Source: Pseudomonadota bacterium (GTDB taxonomy: Bacteria > Pseudomonadota > Alphaproteobacteria > Rhizobiales > Rhizobiaceae). From it: 43,359 bases of DNA. A program made the translations under genes and the position numbers. Positions 9,079 to 18,900 of this stretch are shown here, piece by piece. Within the stretch, counting starts at the first letter, position 1, and every line of letters starts with the position of its first letter. The notes under the pieces are model-generated. The model did not search any database, was not told the origin of the DNA, and saw only the letters and a program-made list of their open reading frames with translations. The stretch lies in the NCBI GenBank assembly GCA_039815105.1, contig JBCBZX010000001.1, positions 1 through 43,359 on the forward strand, read 5' to 3'.

Positions 9079-10695
9079 ATGGATGCCTCCAATCACATTG
9101 CTTCACGCCAAATTGCCGCGCCCAACAAGGTGCACGTCAAACGGGCGCTCCTATCCGTGTTTGACAAGACAGGCCTGGTTGAACTGGCCACGGCGCTGGT
9201 ACAGGCTGGTGTGGAACTCGTCTCCACCGGCGGCAGTGCAAAGGCCCTGCGCCAAGCGGGCCTTGACGTGCGTGATGTCTCTGATCTGACGCAATTCCCC
9301 GAAATCATGGACGGGCGTGTGAAGACATTGCATCCGGGCGTGCACGGGGGTTTGCTGGCCATTCGCGGGGATGATGACCATGTTGCCGCGATGGAAGAGC
9401 ACGACATTTCAGGCATCGATCTGCTGGTGTGCAATCTATATCCATTTGAGCAAGTGGTGGCTCAGGGTGCTGATCGTGCGACCACCGTCGAGAATATCGA
9501 CATTGGCGGGCCAGCCATGACCAGAGCGGCGGCCAAAAACCATGCTTATGTATCTGTGTTGTCCGACCCTGCCGACTACCAGGACTTCCTCGATATGCTG
9601 GCGGCCAATGATGGCGCGTCACTGCTGGCGGCGCGCCAGCGCCTGGCGCAAGCGGCCTTTGCCCGCACCGCTGCCTATGATGCTGCCGTTTCCAACTGGA
9701 TGGCGGCTGATCTGAAGATCGCCACACCACCGCACAGGGCCCTTGGCGGCACGCTGTCGAAAGTGATGCGCTATGGGGAGAATCCCCACCAAGACGCTGC
9801 GTTCTACACCAATGGAGAGCAGCGCCCCGGCGTGGCAACTGCCACACAGCACCAGGGCAAGGCGCTGAGCTACAACAATATCAATGATACGGACGCCGCT
9901 TTTGAACTCATCAGCGAGTTCGACCCGGCCCACGGCCCCGCCGTCGCAATTATCAAACATGCCAACCCCTGCGGTGTTGCACAGATGAAAACGGGCAGCA
10001 CGCTGGCACAGGCCTACAAAGCGGCGCACGCATGCGACCCGGTTTCGGCCTTTGGCGGCATCGTGGCATTGAATGCCACTGTGGATGCACAGGTTGCGCA
10101 AGCGATGGTTGAGATATTCACGGAAGTGATCATCGCGCCGGACGCAACCGATGAAGCTAAAGCGATCATCGGCGCCAAAAAGAATCTGCGGCTCCTCACA
10201 ACCGGTGGCCTTGCCGACCCACGAGCAGCGGGCCTGGCTGCAAAGACGGTCTCCGGAGGCATGCTGGTTCAATCTCGCGACGCCTGCGTCATGGATGATA
10301 TCGACCTAAAAGTGGTGACCGACCGCGCGCCAACCGACCAGGAACTGGCTGATCTGAAAACCGCGTTCCGGGTGGCCAAACACGTCAAATCCAACGCCAT
10401 CATATACGTGAAGGACGGCGCAACCGTTGGCGTTGGCGCAGGCCAGATGAGCCGACTGGATTCATCACGCATTGCCGCCCGCAAGGCCCAGGATGCCGGA
10501 TTGGATTTGGTGGGATCAGCGGTGGCGTCTGACGCGTTCTTCCCGTTTGCCGATGGCCTGCTGGCCGCCGCCCAGGCGGGGGCGACTGCGATTATCCAGC
10601 CCGGTGGGTCCATGCGCGATGATGAAGTTATTGCGGCTGCCAACCAGTCCGGACTTGCCATGGTCTTCACCGGCATGAGACATTTCCGCCATTAG
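9079..10695 (+). CDS. purH: Bifunctional AICAR transformylase / IMP cyclohydrolase PurH
   Basis: [17 protein letters not shown]...GGSAKAL...RVKTLHP.VHGGLLA...[18 protein letters not shown]...[15 protein letters not shown]...[11 protein letters not shown]. Start taken at the ATG at 9079 (MDASNH). Confidence 0.95.
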   Translation: MDASNHIASRQIAAPNKVHVKRALLSVFDKTGLVELATALVQAGVELVSTGGSAKALRQAGLDVRDVSDLTQFPEIMDGRVKTLHPGVHGGLLAIRGDDDHVAAMEEHDISGIDLLVCNLYPFEQVVAQGADRATTVENIDIGGPAMTRAAAKNHAYVSVLSDPADYQDFLDMLAANDGASLLAARQRLAQAAFARTAAYDAAVSNWMAADLKIATPPHRALGGTLSKVMRYGENPHQDAAFYTNGEQRPGVATATQHQGKALSYNNINDTDAAFELISEFDPAHGPAVAIIKHANPCGVAQMKTGSTLAQAYKAAHACDPVSAFGGIVALNATVDAQVAQAMVEIFTEVIIAPDATDEAKAIIGAKKNLRLLTTGGLADPRAAGLAAKTVSGGMLVQSRDACVMDDIDLKVVTDRAPTDQELADLKTAFRVAKHVKSNAIIYVKDGATVGVGAGQMSRLDSSRIAARKAQDAGLDLVGSAVASDAFFPFADGLLAAAQAGATAIIQPGGSMRDDEVIAAANQSGLAMVFTGMRHFRH

Positions 10696-10739
10696 CGGGC
10701 AGGACGGGCAGGAGAACCCGCCTCGAAGGGGATAGAGAT

Positions 10740-11729
10740 TTGGAAACTGCGCTGGCGACACTGCTGTCGCCGATCATTCTGTTTTTCCTTTTGGGGCTGG
10801 GTGCAGCATTGCTGCGCTCACAAACCACAGTGCCCGAAGCATTTGCCAAGGGCTTGGCCATATATCTGATGATGGCGATCGGCCTTAAGGGCGGCGTTGA
10901 AATGGCCAAGAACCCGCTCACCATTGAGGTGGTGGCTGTCCTCATTGCCGGCATCATTTTGTCCTTTGCTATTCCCGTGCTGGCCTTTGCCATTCTGCGC
11001 GCGACAACACGGCTCAATGCCACGGATGCGGCCGCTGCGGCCGCCCATTATGGTTCAATATCCATCGTGACCTTTGTTGCCGCCACGGACGCTCTGGAGC
11101 GCCTTGGCGTGGAAGCGTCCGGACATCTGGTGGCCGTGGCTGCCCTCATGGAAGCACCGGCTATCATTTCGGCACTTGTGATCATCAGCCGCATGGACCG
11201 GCAACCGAAGGACCGCGCCAGCGCCATGGCTGACGCCGACCGGGGCGAACTGGTACGAGAAGTCCTGCTCAACGCGTCAGTTGTCGTGCTGCTGGGGGCG
11301 CTGTTTATCGGCTGGATCGCAGGTGAAGAGGGCACGGCTGGCATCGCGCCTTTCTTCACCGGGCTTTTCCAAGGCGTGCTTTGCCTGTTCCTGCTGGATA
11401 TGGGGCTGTCGGCAGGTCGAGGCCTACGCAATGGTTGGCGACAACTTGGCTTCGGCACCATTGCATTTGGCCTTTACATGCCTGTCGTCAGCGCCTGCAT
11501 CGCTGCTATCATCGCGTGGGCACTGGGCATGCCAGCCGCCGATGCCGCTCTTCTGATCACCCTTACCGCATCAGCGTCATATATAGCCGTTCCAGCGGCC
11601 ATGCGTCTGGCTTTGCCCAAAGCGCGGCCATCGGTATATCTGACCCTTTCCCTCGGCATCACATTCCCCTTCAACGTCATATTTGGCATTCCGCTTTACA
11701 TCGGCATGGCCAATTTTGTAGCCGGTTGA
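10740..11729 (+). CDS. sbtA: SbtA-like (DUF897 / sodium-dependent bicarbonate transport family) permease
   Basis: Polytopic membrane protein: LLSPIILFFLLGLGAALLRS...KGLAIYLMMAIGLKGGVEMA...HYGSISIVTFVAA. TTG start at 10740. Immediately followed by a PII-like gene, which is the SbtA/SbtB arrangement. Confidence 0.7.
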   Translation: METALATLLSPIILFFLLGLGAALLRSQTTVPEAFAKGLAIYLMMAIGLKGGVEMAKNPLTIEVVAVLIAGIILSFAIPVLAFAILRATTRLNATDAAAAAAHYGSISIVTFVAATDALERLGVEASGHLVAVAALMEAPAIISALVIISRMDRQPKDRASAMADADRGELVREVLLNASVVVLLGALFIGWIAGEEGTAGIAPFFTGLFQGVLCLFLLDMGLSAGRGLRNGWRQLGFGTIAFGLYMPVVSACIAAIIAWALGMPAADAALLITLTASASYIAVPAAMRLALPKARPSVYLTLSLGITFPFNVIFGIPLYIGMANFVAG

Positions 11730-11741
11730 GGGGGAGATCAC

Positions 11742-12056
11742 ATGGCTGAAACATACGCAATGAAACGCATCGAACTGATCGTCGAACGCATGGCCGCGCG
11801 GCGCGCCGGTCGCGTTTTGCAAGAGTCCGGCGTGACGGGCTACACGGTGCTTCCGGCCCTCGAAGGCTATGGCAACGGCCAGACATGGCGGCGCGACGCC
11901 GATATTTCCGGCTCCTCCGACATGGTGGCAATCGTCTGCGTTACCTCCGCAGAGGCCGCTAGTGCGGCCCTGGATAATTTGGCACAATTGCTCGCAGAGC
12001 AGATCGGCATCGTCACCGTAAACGACGTTCAGGTTCTGCGCCCCGAACGGTTCTAG
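11742..12056 (+). CDS. sbtB: PII-like signalling protein (SbtB-like, 104 aa)
   Basis: MKRIELIVERMAARRAGRVLQESGVTGYTVLPALEGYGNG...MVAIVCVTS fits a PII (beta-alpha-beta, T-loop) pattern. GAGGGGGAG lies upstream of the ATG at 11742. 12-nt gap after sbtA. Confidence 0.7.
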   Translation: MAETYAMKRIELIVERMAARRAGRVLQESGVTGYTVLPALEGYGNGQTWRRDADISGSSDMVAIVCVTSAEAASAALDNLAQLLAEQIGIVTVNDVQVLRPERF

Positions 12057-12076
12057 CGCCGCAACCGACAGGCCAG

Positions 12077-12790
12077 ATGATGAATATACAGACGAAAATC
12101 AAAGGCTTGGCTAAAGTTGCAGATCCCGCCAAAATCAAGCGTCCAGACGTAAAACAGGGTTTTCCTGAGCATCTGCTTGAGGGCTACCGCCGCTTCATGA
12201 AGGGCGCATATCACGACGAAGCACAGCGCTACCGTGATCTGGCCATTGAAGGGCAGACCCCCGCCACAATGATCATCGCCTGTTGCGACAGCCGAGCCGC
12301 GCCGGAAACTGTTTTCCACGCCGGCGCGGGCGAATTATTCGTTGTGCGAAACGTGGCCAACCTCGTGCCACCCTACGCCCCCGACGGCAGCCACCACTCC
12401 ACCTCGGCGGCACTGGAATATGCCGTCCAGGTGCTCAAAGTGCAGCATATTGTGGTGATGGGCCATGGCCGGTGCGGTGGCATACAAGCCTCGCTGACCG
12501 ATGGGATGGAGCCGCTATCGCCGGGGGATTTCATCGGCAAATGGATGGGCCTCGTGCGTCAAGCGGCGGAAGATGTCACCAGCTATGCCCATTTGTCTCC
12601 GTCGGAACGGCAGACGGCGATGGAGCGCATATCGGTCCGCAACTCCGTCGAGAATTTGCGCACATTTCCGTGTGTCTCGATCCTCGAGGGCAAAGGCCGC
12701 ATCAATCTAACCGGGGCCTGGTTTGATATATCCACCGGGGAGCTATGGACCATGGATGCGGATACAGGCGATTTCAAACGCCCCGAGTGA
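12077..12790 (+). CDS. Beta-class carbonic anhydrase
   Basis: Zinc ligand motifs CCDSRAAPE and HGRCGG, plus FVVRNVANLVPP. Confidence 0.9.
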   Translation: MMNIQTKIKGLAKVADPAKIKRPDVKQGFPEHLLEGYRRFMKGAYHDEAQRYRDLAIEGQTPATMIIACCDSRAAPETVFHAGAGELFVVRNVANLVPPYAPDGSHHSTSAALEYAVQVLKVQHIVVMGHGRCGGIQASLTDGMEPLSPGDFIGKWMGLVRQAAEDVTSYAHLSPSERQTAMERISVRNSVENLRTFPCVSILEGKGRINLTGAWFDISTGELWTMDADTGDFKRPE

Positions 12791-12848
12791 CGCCTTAACA
12801 AAGCCGTTCGGCAAGGTATGATCTATGCACCCTCAAAAGGATGTCCCC

Positions 12849-13295
12849 ATGCCAAAACCACACCTTGCCATTACAATTTGCGCACTTGCGGTCAGCTCTC
12901 TGCCCGCCATCGCTCAAACCAGCGTTTCAGAATCGACCAAACAGGGCCTGACCGGAACTGTGAATCAATTTTATGCCGCGCTTTCCGAACCCGTGAATGA
13001 AGTTGCCGTTGGCCTGAAGCTGGCACCGGACGCACAGGTAGAGCTGCGAGACCTCGACATTCAGCAAACCGGTGAAGAATTTGTCGAAAGCCTTGGCGAA
13101 TGGGCCAATGTCATTGAAGGCGGCGCGATCGAGCATGAAATCGCAGACGTAACCGATGCGGTTTTTGAAATGAATGTCTGCTACCGATTTGCGGCTGGAG
13201 AACCTTACGGGACGGTGGAGGTTATGACCTTCATGGATGATGGCCGCATTGCAACCCTGGTGCAGGAGGCTCGGCCCGAAAGCTGCGCGCAATAG
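12849..13295 (+). CDS. Secreted hypothetical protein (signal peptide; possibly an NTF2/SnoaL-like fold)
   Basis: MPKPHLAITICALAVSSLPAIAQT signal peptide. AAGGA lies upstream of the ATG at 12849. I recognised no diagnostic motif. Confidence 0.6.
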   Translation: MPKPHLAITICALAVSSLPAIAQTSVSESTKQGLTGTVNQFYAALSEPVNEVAVGLKLAPDAQVELRDLDIQQTGEEFVESLGEWANVIEGGAIEHEIADVTDAVFEMNVCYRFAAGEPYGTVEVMTFMDDGRIATLVQEARPESCAQ

Positions 13296-13383
13296 CCACG
13301 GGTTTAGCGAAAGCTTGGTTTCGGCACCCTCGGCTCCGCCCCGGGGAGCGGCCTCAAATCCAGCACGCCATGCCACCGCCAGA

Positions 13384-13404
13384 CCCTCGGGACAAGCCCG
13401 AGGG
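13384..13404. terminator. Hairpin between two convergent genes (hypothetical and asd)
   Basis: CCCTCGGG-ACAAG-CCCGAGGG, a perfect 8-bp stem, lies 16 nt beyond the asd stop. A second GC-rich hairpin (GCTCC..GGAGC) sits at about 13334-13350. Confidence 0.5.
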
Positions 13405-13419
13405 TGCCAGGATCATGTT

Positions 13420-14451
13420 CTAGGCTGCCACTTTGCCCTTAAGCAAGCCGCGCTCGATCATAGCCTCGGCAATCTGAATGGTGTTCAACGCCGCGCCCTT
13501 GCGCAGATTGTCTGACACCACCCAAATGTTCAGGCCGCTATCGAGGGTCGGGTCTTCGCGAATGCGGCTGATGTAAACCGCGTCGTCGCCAGCAGCTTCA
13601 TACGGCGTGGTGTAGCCGCCGTCTTCGCGCTTGTCATAGACTTGGCACCCCGGCGCGTCACGTAGGATCTCCCGCGCTTCATCGGCAGACAACTCGTCTT
13701 CAAACTCAATGTTCACAGCTTCTGAATGGCTCACGAACACCGGCACGCGCACAGCGGTGCAAGTGACCTTGATTTTCGGATCGAGCATCTTCTTGGTCTC
13801 GGCGACCACTTTCCACTCTTCCTTGGTGGAGCCATCATCCATGAACACATCGATGTGCGGAATGCAGTTGAACGCGATTCGCTTGGGGTACACCCGCGGC
13901 GTGATGGGATCAGCCACGAACACGGCGCGGGACTGGTCGAACAACTCGTCCATCGCCTCTTTGCCGGAGCCTGAAACGGACTGATAGGTCGACACCACAA
14001 CCCGCTTGATGCGCGCTTTGTCGTGCAGCGGCTTAAGCGCCACCACCAGCTGCGAAGTTGAGCAATTCGGGTTCGCGACGATGCCCTTCTTGTGGGCGTG
14101 GTCGAGGGCTTCCGGGTTCACTTCCGGCACCACCAAGGGTACGTCCGGGTCGTAGCGCCAGGCGGACGAGTTATCGATCACGATGGCACCTACCGCCGCG
14201 ATTTTTGGAGACCATTCCTTGGAGATGGAGCCACCCGCACTCATCAACGCAATGTCGGTGCCGGCAAAGTCATAATCATCTAGCGCGCGGCACTTCAACG
14301 TGCGGTCGCCAAACGAAACTTCCTTGCCAACGGACCGGCGCGACGCAAGTGCAACCACCTCGTCGGCAGGGAAGCCCCGCTCGTCGAGAATGTCCAACAT
14401 CTCCCGGCCCACATTGCCTGTGGCACCGATGATGGCGACTTTGAAACCCAT
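13420..14451 (-). CDS. asd: Aspartate-semialdehyde dehydrogenase
   Basis: MGFKVAIIGATGNVGREML...NPNCSTSQLVVALKPL...STYQSVSGSGK...RVPVFVSHSEAVN...DNLRKGAALN. Start at the ATG at 14451. Confidence 0.95.
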   Translation of the reverse strand: MGFKVAIIGATGNVGREMLDILDERGFPADEVVALASRRSVGKEVSFGDRTLKCRALDDYDFAGTDIALMSAGGSISKEWSPKIAAVGAIVIDNSSAWRYDPDVPLVVPEVNPEALDHAHKKGIVANPNCSTSQLVVALKPLHDKARIKRVVVSTYQSVSGSGKEAMDELFDQSRAVFVADPITPRVYPKRIAFNCIPHIDVFMDDGSTKEEWKVVAETKKMLDPKIKVTCTAVRVPVFVSHSEAVNIEFEDELSADEAREILRDAPGCQVYDKREDGGYTTPYEAAGDDAVYISRIREDPTLDSGLNIWVVSDNLRKGAALNTIQIAEAMIERGLLKGKVAA

Positions 14452-14556
14452 AATCTTATCCGAACCACATAAGGGCCCGGCTCCCATTTCCGATGTCCCC
14501 CTTCCTATGCACCCGGAACGCGCCAGGGGAAAGAAGGCAACGGAACGGGACTGCGA

Positions 14557-14700
14557 TTAGCGAGCGCTCTTGGTCGGTTTGTTGGTCTTTTTGGTCAGCT
14601 GCAAATTGCCCGCTTCCATCTGAGTGGCAAGCGCCGTCATGCCGGTCAAAGAACCAGCTGGGGCATGGGAAAGGGCGTTCAAAATTGTGTAGGCAGACAT
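14557..14700 (-). CDS. Candidate 47-aa small protein (MSAYTILNALSHAPAGSLTGMTALATQMEAGNLQLTKKTNKPTKSAR)
   Basis: Below the ORF-track length cutoff. AGGAG sits 6 nt upstream of the ATG at 14700. My hand count of third-position GC is 31/47, similar to neighbouring genes. Lies 105 nt upstream of asd on the same strand. Confidence 0.35.
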   Translation of the reverse strand: MSAYTILNALSHAPAGSLTGMTALATQMEAGNLQLTKKTNKPTKSAR

Positions 14701-14777
14701 CGGCAACTCCTAAGCTACCAAGGCCCTGGGTCAGCAACTGCTGTGCTGGCTTGCGGCTGTTGAAAGAAAGTGCGGGA

Positions 14778-15563
14778 TCATAAAATTCCCATCACTCCCT
14801 GCCACATAAGTTGCAAAGATAAAATGAACAAGAGCGAATTGAGCACGCGGTAAAAGATTCTTTTCGAGATGCGTTTCGCAAGCCACACCCCTGCCAAAAC
14901 GGACACCGGTGCCACCGGCAAAAGCACCAGCGACGTGGCCAAATTCGTGGCATCAAACTGGCCCAATGCGAAATATGGAATGAGCTTGATGGCATTGACC
15001 ACGGCAAAAAAACAAATGGCCGTGGAAGCAAAGTAGGTCGGGTCCAACCGCATGGGTTGGGTGTAAACCTGATAGGGCGGCGAGCCGGCATGAGCGACAA
15101 AACTGGTGAAGCCCGACGCCGTGCCCCAGAACGCACCGGCCAGTTTGGTGTTCTCAGTCTGGCGCGGCTCAGCAGCCTTGGCCTTTTTGCCAAACCATTC
15201 GTTGAACAGGAACGCTAGGGCCACCAAGGCGACGATAATGCGTATCCAGTCCGACGACAGTTGCGAGGCGAAGAAGTACCCGATGGCCACGCCGACAATG
15301 GCGCCAGGCAACATGGTTCTCATAATGCCAAAATGAAACCTGGCCCGCCAAGACACAACGCCCATCACATCCATCACGATCATGATGGGCAGCATGATAG
15401 CCGCTGCCTGCACCGGGTTGATCACCAGGCTCATGATCGGCACACCAAACACGGCCCCCAGCCCGCCAAGCCCACCTTTGGTGAGGCCGACAATAAAGAG
15501 CGCCGGAATAGCCGCAGCGTAGAACCACGGATTGCTGAGCGGTGAAAAGAAAAACTCAAGCAC
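14778..15563 (-). CDS. TauE/SafE (TSUP) family anion-exporter-like membrane protein
   Basis: AAIPALFIVGLTKGGLGGLGAVFGVPIMSLV and a repeated 4-TM architecture. GTG start at 15563 with GAGGAG 6 nt upstream. Confidence 0.85.
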   Translation of the reverse strand: MLEFFFSPLSNPWFYAAAIPALFIVGLTKGGLGGLGAVFGVPIMSLVINPVQAAAIMLPIMIVMDVMGVVSWRARFHFGIMRTMLPGAIVGVAIGYFFASQLSSDWIRIIVALVALAFLFNEWFGKKAKAAEPRQTENTKLAGAFWGTASGFTSFVAHAGSPPYQVYTQPMRLDPTYFASTAICFFAVVNAIKLIPYFALGQFDATNLATSLVLLPVAPVSVLAGVWLAKRISKRIFYRVLNSLLFILSLQLMWQGVMGIL

Positions 15564-15593
15564 GAAATGCTCCTCGTTGCACCCGGCAGACCG

Positions 15594-16958
15594 TTAGGAT
15601 GCCAGTTCCTCAGTGGCATCTGTGCCACCTGTCAGCGCCTGCGCGAATTGATCTGCGTCAAAAGGCTCGAGATCATCGACACCCTCGCCGACGCCCACGA
15701 AGTAGACGGGCAGTTTGTGCTTGGCCGCGATGGCCACCAGAATGCCGCCCCGGGCCGTACCATCAAGTTTGGTCATGACCAGCCCGTTCACGCCCGCGGT
15801 CTGTTTGAATATCTCAACCTGCTGCAATGCATTTTGGCCCGTGGTGGCGTCCAGAGTCTGCAATACGGTGTGGGGAGCATCGGGATCAGTTTTTTGCAGC
15901 ACGCGCACAATCTTGGCCAACTCATCCATAAGTTCGGTCTTGTTTTGCAGTCGTCCGGCAGTGTCGATGATCAGCACATCGGAGCCCGCTTCCCGCGCTG
16001 CCTCAAACGCATCAAATGCAAGGCCGGCTGCATCGGCACCGAGCTTTGACGCCCGCACCGGTGCGCCCACCCGATCCCCCCAGATCTTCAACTGCTCAAT
16101 GGCCGCCGCGCGGAAGGTATCGCCGGCCGCAAGCATGACGTCCAGCCCACCGGCCCGCAGTTTGGCCGCGAGCTTGCCAATGGTGGTCGTTTTGCCAGTG
16201 CCATTGACGCCAACAACCAAAATCACATGGGGCTTGTGACTGAGGTCCAGTTCCAGCGGCATGGCCACCGGGCCGAGCACTTTCTCCACCTCCGCCGCCA
16301 TGATTTTACGTACTTCATCGGTGCTTACGTCCCTGCCGAAGCGGTCCTTCGCCAGCGCCTCTGTGACGTTCATCGCAGTCTCGACGCCAAGGTCCGCTTG
16401 TATCAACGTGTCTTCGAGCTCCTGCAGAGTGTCATCGTCGAGCTTGCGCTTGGTGAAAATGCCAGAAATGTTGCTGGTGAGTTGGCTGGAAGATCGCGAC
16501 AGGCCAGACGTAAGCCGCGCGAACCAACCCTTTTTTTCCGGTTCCGGCTCTGGCGTTTCCTCGGCACCCAAGACCGACGTATCGCGGATGGCTATGCCTG
16601 CAGGAACTGTAGGTTCGGAAGGAGCGACCGGCTTTGGAACAACAGAACCAGAAGCCTTTTCTTCAATTTCGCTCGGAACGACCTCTTCTGCTCCGCCGTC
16701 TTCGTCTTCCTCAACTTCAGGCTTCGGCTCACCTTCCGGCACATCGCTTAAATCAATCTCATCGAGCGGTTCGGCCTCTAGCTCGCCGCCATTCACAGCC
16801 GTGTTGCGCACGTGCGCATCCACCTCCTCGCTCACTTGAGCGGGCGCAGCTTCCGCCACTTCTTCAACCTGCGGCTGCTCCACCTCGGGTGATAGCTCCG
16901 CCGCCTTACGCCCAAAAGAGAAAATGCGTTTCAAGAAGCCCGGTTTGTCTTCGGCCAT
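15594..16958 (-). CDS. ftsY: Signal recognition particle receptor FtsY with an acidic N-terminal domain
   Basis: VILVVGVNGTGKTTTIGKLA...AGDTFRAAAIEQL...LIIDTAGRLQNK...GLVMTKLDGTARGG. Confidence 0.95.
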   Translation of the reverse strand: MAEDKPGFLKRIFSFGRKAAELSPEVEQPQVEEVAEAAPAQVSEEVDAHVRNTAVNGGELEAEPLDEIDLSDVPEGEPKPEVEEDEDGGAEEVVPSEIEEKASGSVVPKPVAPSEPTVPAGIAIRDTSVLGAEETPEPEPEKKGWFARLTSGLSRSSSQLTSNISGIFTKRKLDDDTLQELEDTLIQADLGVETAMNVTEALAKDRFGRDVSTDEVRKIMAAEVEKVLGPVAMPLELDLSHKPHVILVVGVNGTGKTTTIGKLAAKLRAGGLDVMLAAGDTFRAAAIEQLKIWGDRVGAPVRASKLGADAAGLAFDAFEAAREAGSDVLIIDTAGRLQNKTELMDELAKIVRVLQKTDPDAPHTVLQTLDATTGQNALQQVEIFKQTAGVNGLVMTKLDGTARGGILVAIAAKHKLPVYFVGVGEGVDDLEPFDADQFAQALTGGTDATEELAS

Positions 16959-17106
16959 GCAGAAATTCCGTCGTTAAGTTGCGCCGCAAATTGGGCTGGT
17001 CGCACCTCCATTGCAAGCAGGCCGTGTTGCAACGCAGCGATGGGACGGGCTACAAGGCCTCACCACTCCAACTGCACACCTGTCAAATTCGAACGAGGGC
17101 TGACCC

Positions 17107-17712
17107 GTGGACAAGTTCACCACGCTGACAAGCGTTGCCGCACCGCTGCCGATCATCAACATCGACACGGACATGATCATCCCCAAGGATTATCTCAAGA
17201 CCATCAAGCGCACCGGGCTGGCTGAAGGCCTGTTTGCGGAAATGCGCTTGAATGAAGATGGGTCCGAAAACCCGGATTTTGTGCTCAACAAGCCTGCCTA
17301 TCGCGAAGCGGAGATTTTGGTCGCTGGCGACAATTTTGGTTGCGGCTCATCCCGCGAGCACGCCCCATGGGCGCTGCTGGACCGCGGCATTCGCTGCGTC
17401 ATCTCCACATCCTTCGCCGATATTTTCTACAATAATTGCTTCAAGAACGGCATTTTGCCCGTCATGGTCAGCCCAGAAGAGCTGGAAAAGCTGATGGACG
17501 ATGCGGAGCGCGGCTCCAACGCAGTCATCACTGTCGATCTGGAAAGCCAGACCATCAAGGGCCCGGATGGTGGCACAATCCATTTTGAGATTGATGAAGG
17601 CCGCAAGCACCGCCTTATCAATGGCCTTGATGATATTGGTCTGACACTGCAAAAGCGTGACGCCATCAACGGCTTTGAAGCCAAACTTTCGCAGGACCGG
17701 CCCTGGGTTTAG
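17107..17712 (+). CDS. leuD: 3-isopropylmalate dehydratase small subunit
   Basis: (M)[30 protein letters not shown]...[20 protein letters not shown] start at 17107. Confidence 0.95.
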   Translation: MDKFTTLTSVAAPLPIINIDTDMIIPKDYLKTIKRTGLAEGLFAEMRLNEDGSENPDFVLNKPAYREAEILVAGDNFGCGSSREHAPWALLDRGIRCVISTSFADIFYNNCFKNGILPVMVSPEELEKLMDDAERGSNAVITVDLESQTIKGPDGGTIHFEIDEGRKHRLINGLDDIGLTLQKRDAINGFEAKLSQDRPWV

Positions 17713-17779
17713 CTGAATTTAGCTTTGTTTAGCTGGGCTTGGCTGCACCCTTTGGCAAGGCCATGTCCGGCCAACGCCA

Positions 17780-18322
17780 TCAGCGCCTGTTCGGCAGTGA
17801 TTTGATCACAGCGTCAATCACCACACTTTGCCGGCGCGTGACATTGATCAAAAGCCACAAACCCATGGCAACCACGATGGCCACAAAAGCATAATTGATC
17901 GCTGGCATGGTCTCGCCAAAGGTGAGCCTGCCCAGAAGGCGATTTGGAAGGAACGTGAAGCCCCCGGCAATCAGAATGCCCGTCGCATAGAGCGATTGCA
18001 TGAAGTTACGGTGAAGGCGCATCGCGCGCGGGGTACGCGGCCCGGACCGTATCACCCAGACACCGGCGGTCACGGAAAACAAGGTGTAAGCCGACAGCAA
18101 ATGGATCGGGCTGAAACCATCACGAATCTCAGTCACCCAGAACGAGCTGATAGCCGCCACCAGCATCAAAGCCACCCAACGGCGGCCCAACAGTTTGTGG
18201 CGGGCATCGCCCTTGCGCCGGTAGAGCACATAGCCACCGATCACAATAGCGGGCACAATGGACAACAGATGCACCCAGATGGCAGGCGTCATTTCGGCAA
18301 TCAGTTCAAGCCTGCGGTCCAT
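17780..18322 (-). CDS. Membrane protein, DUF2306-like (about 4-5 TM)
   Basis: MDRRLELIAEMTPAIWVHLLSIVPAIVIGGYVLY...SPIHLLSAYTLFSV...HRNFMQSLY. Start is uncertain among TTG 18340, ATG 18334 and ATG 18322; GGGAGG lies just upstream of the last. Confidence 0.6.
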   Translation of the reverse strand: MDRRLELIAEMTPAIWVHLLSIVPAIVIGGYVLYRRKGDARHKLLGRRWVALMLVAAISSFWVTEIRDGFSPIHLLSAYTLFSVTAGVWVIRSGPRTPRAMRLHRNFMQSLYATGILIAGGFTFLPNRLLGRLTFGETMPAINYAFVAIVVAMGLWLLINVTRRQSVVIDAVIKSLPNRR

Positions 18323-18498
18323 TTTCCTCCCCATCACCAAGCCCGGGCGACTTCGCAGGGTTGACGGTAAGGCATGTTAAACACTTAAGGCAAACCCACC
18401 GCAGCATTGCCTTGTAATGGTCACAGACCGTTCCAATTTCGGCCATCTGGCAGCGGCAACTGACGCGCTGAATTGATGCGCGCAAGGGACCTGCAGCC

Positions 18499-18897
18499 AT
18501 GAAAACGACCATCGGACTTTTGCTTGGCTTCGCCATGTTCATGACCGCCGCCATAGCGTCCGCAGACGCTGCCCCCGCCAGTTGCGGCAAAGCCTCATGG
18601 TATGCGATGACGAGCCTAACGGCGTCCGGCGAACGGGCCAGCCCCAACACCATGACCGCTGCACATAAAACCCTGCCGTTTGGCACGAAAGTGCGCGTTA
18701 CCAATGAACGCAACGGCAAGGCCGTCGTGGTGCGTATAAATGATCGTGGACCCTACTCCAAAGGGAGGATTATTGATCTGACGAGGGCGGCAGCAGGCAA
18801 GTTGGGTTTTGTAAATGCGGGGTGGACCAATGTAAAAGTGGAACCGCTCAACAAGCTGGACCACCCCAAGGTCCGCACTCTTGTCCGCAATTGCTAG
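18499..18897 (+). CDS. RlpA-like (DPBB fold) septal-ring lytic transglycosylase family lipoprotein/secreted protein
   Basis: Signal peptide, then GKASWYAM...TASGERASPNTMTAAHKTLPFGTKVRVTNERNGKAVVVRINDRGPY. Confidence 0.85.
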   Translation: MKTTIGLLLGFAMFMTAAIASADAAPASCGKASWYAMTSLTASGERASPNTMTAAHKTLPFGTKVRVTNERNGKAVVVRINDRGPYSKGRIIDLTRAAAGKLGFVNAGWTNVKVEPLNKLDHPKVRTLVRNC

Positions 18898-18900
18898 CCG

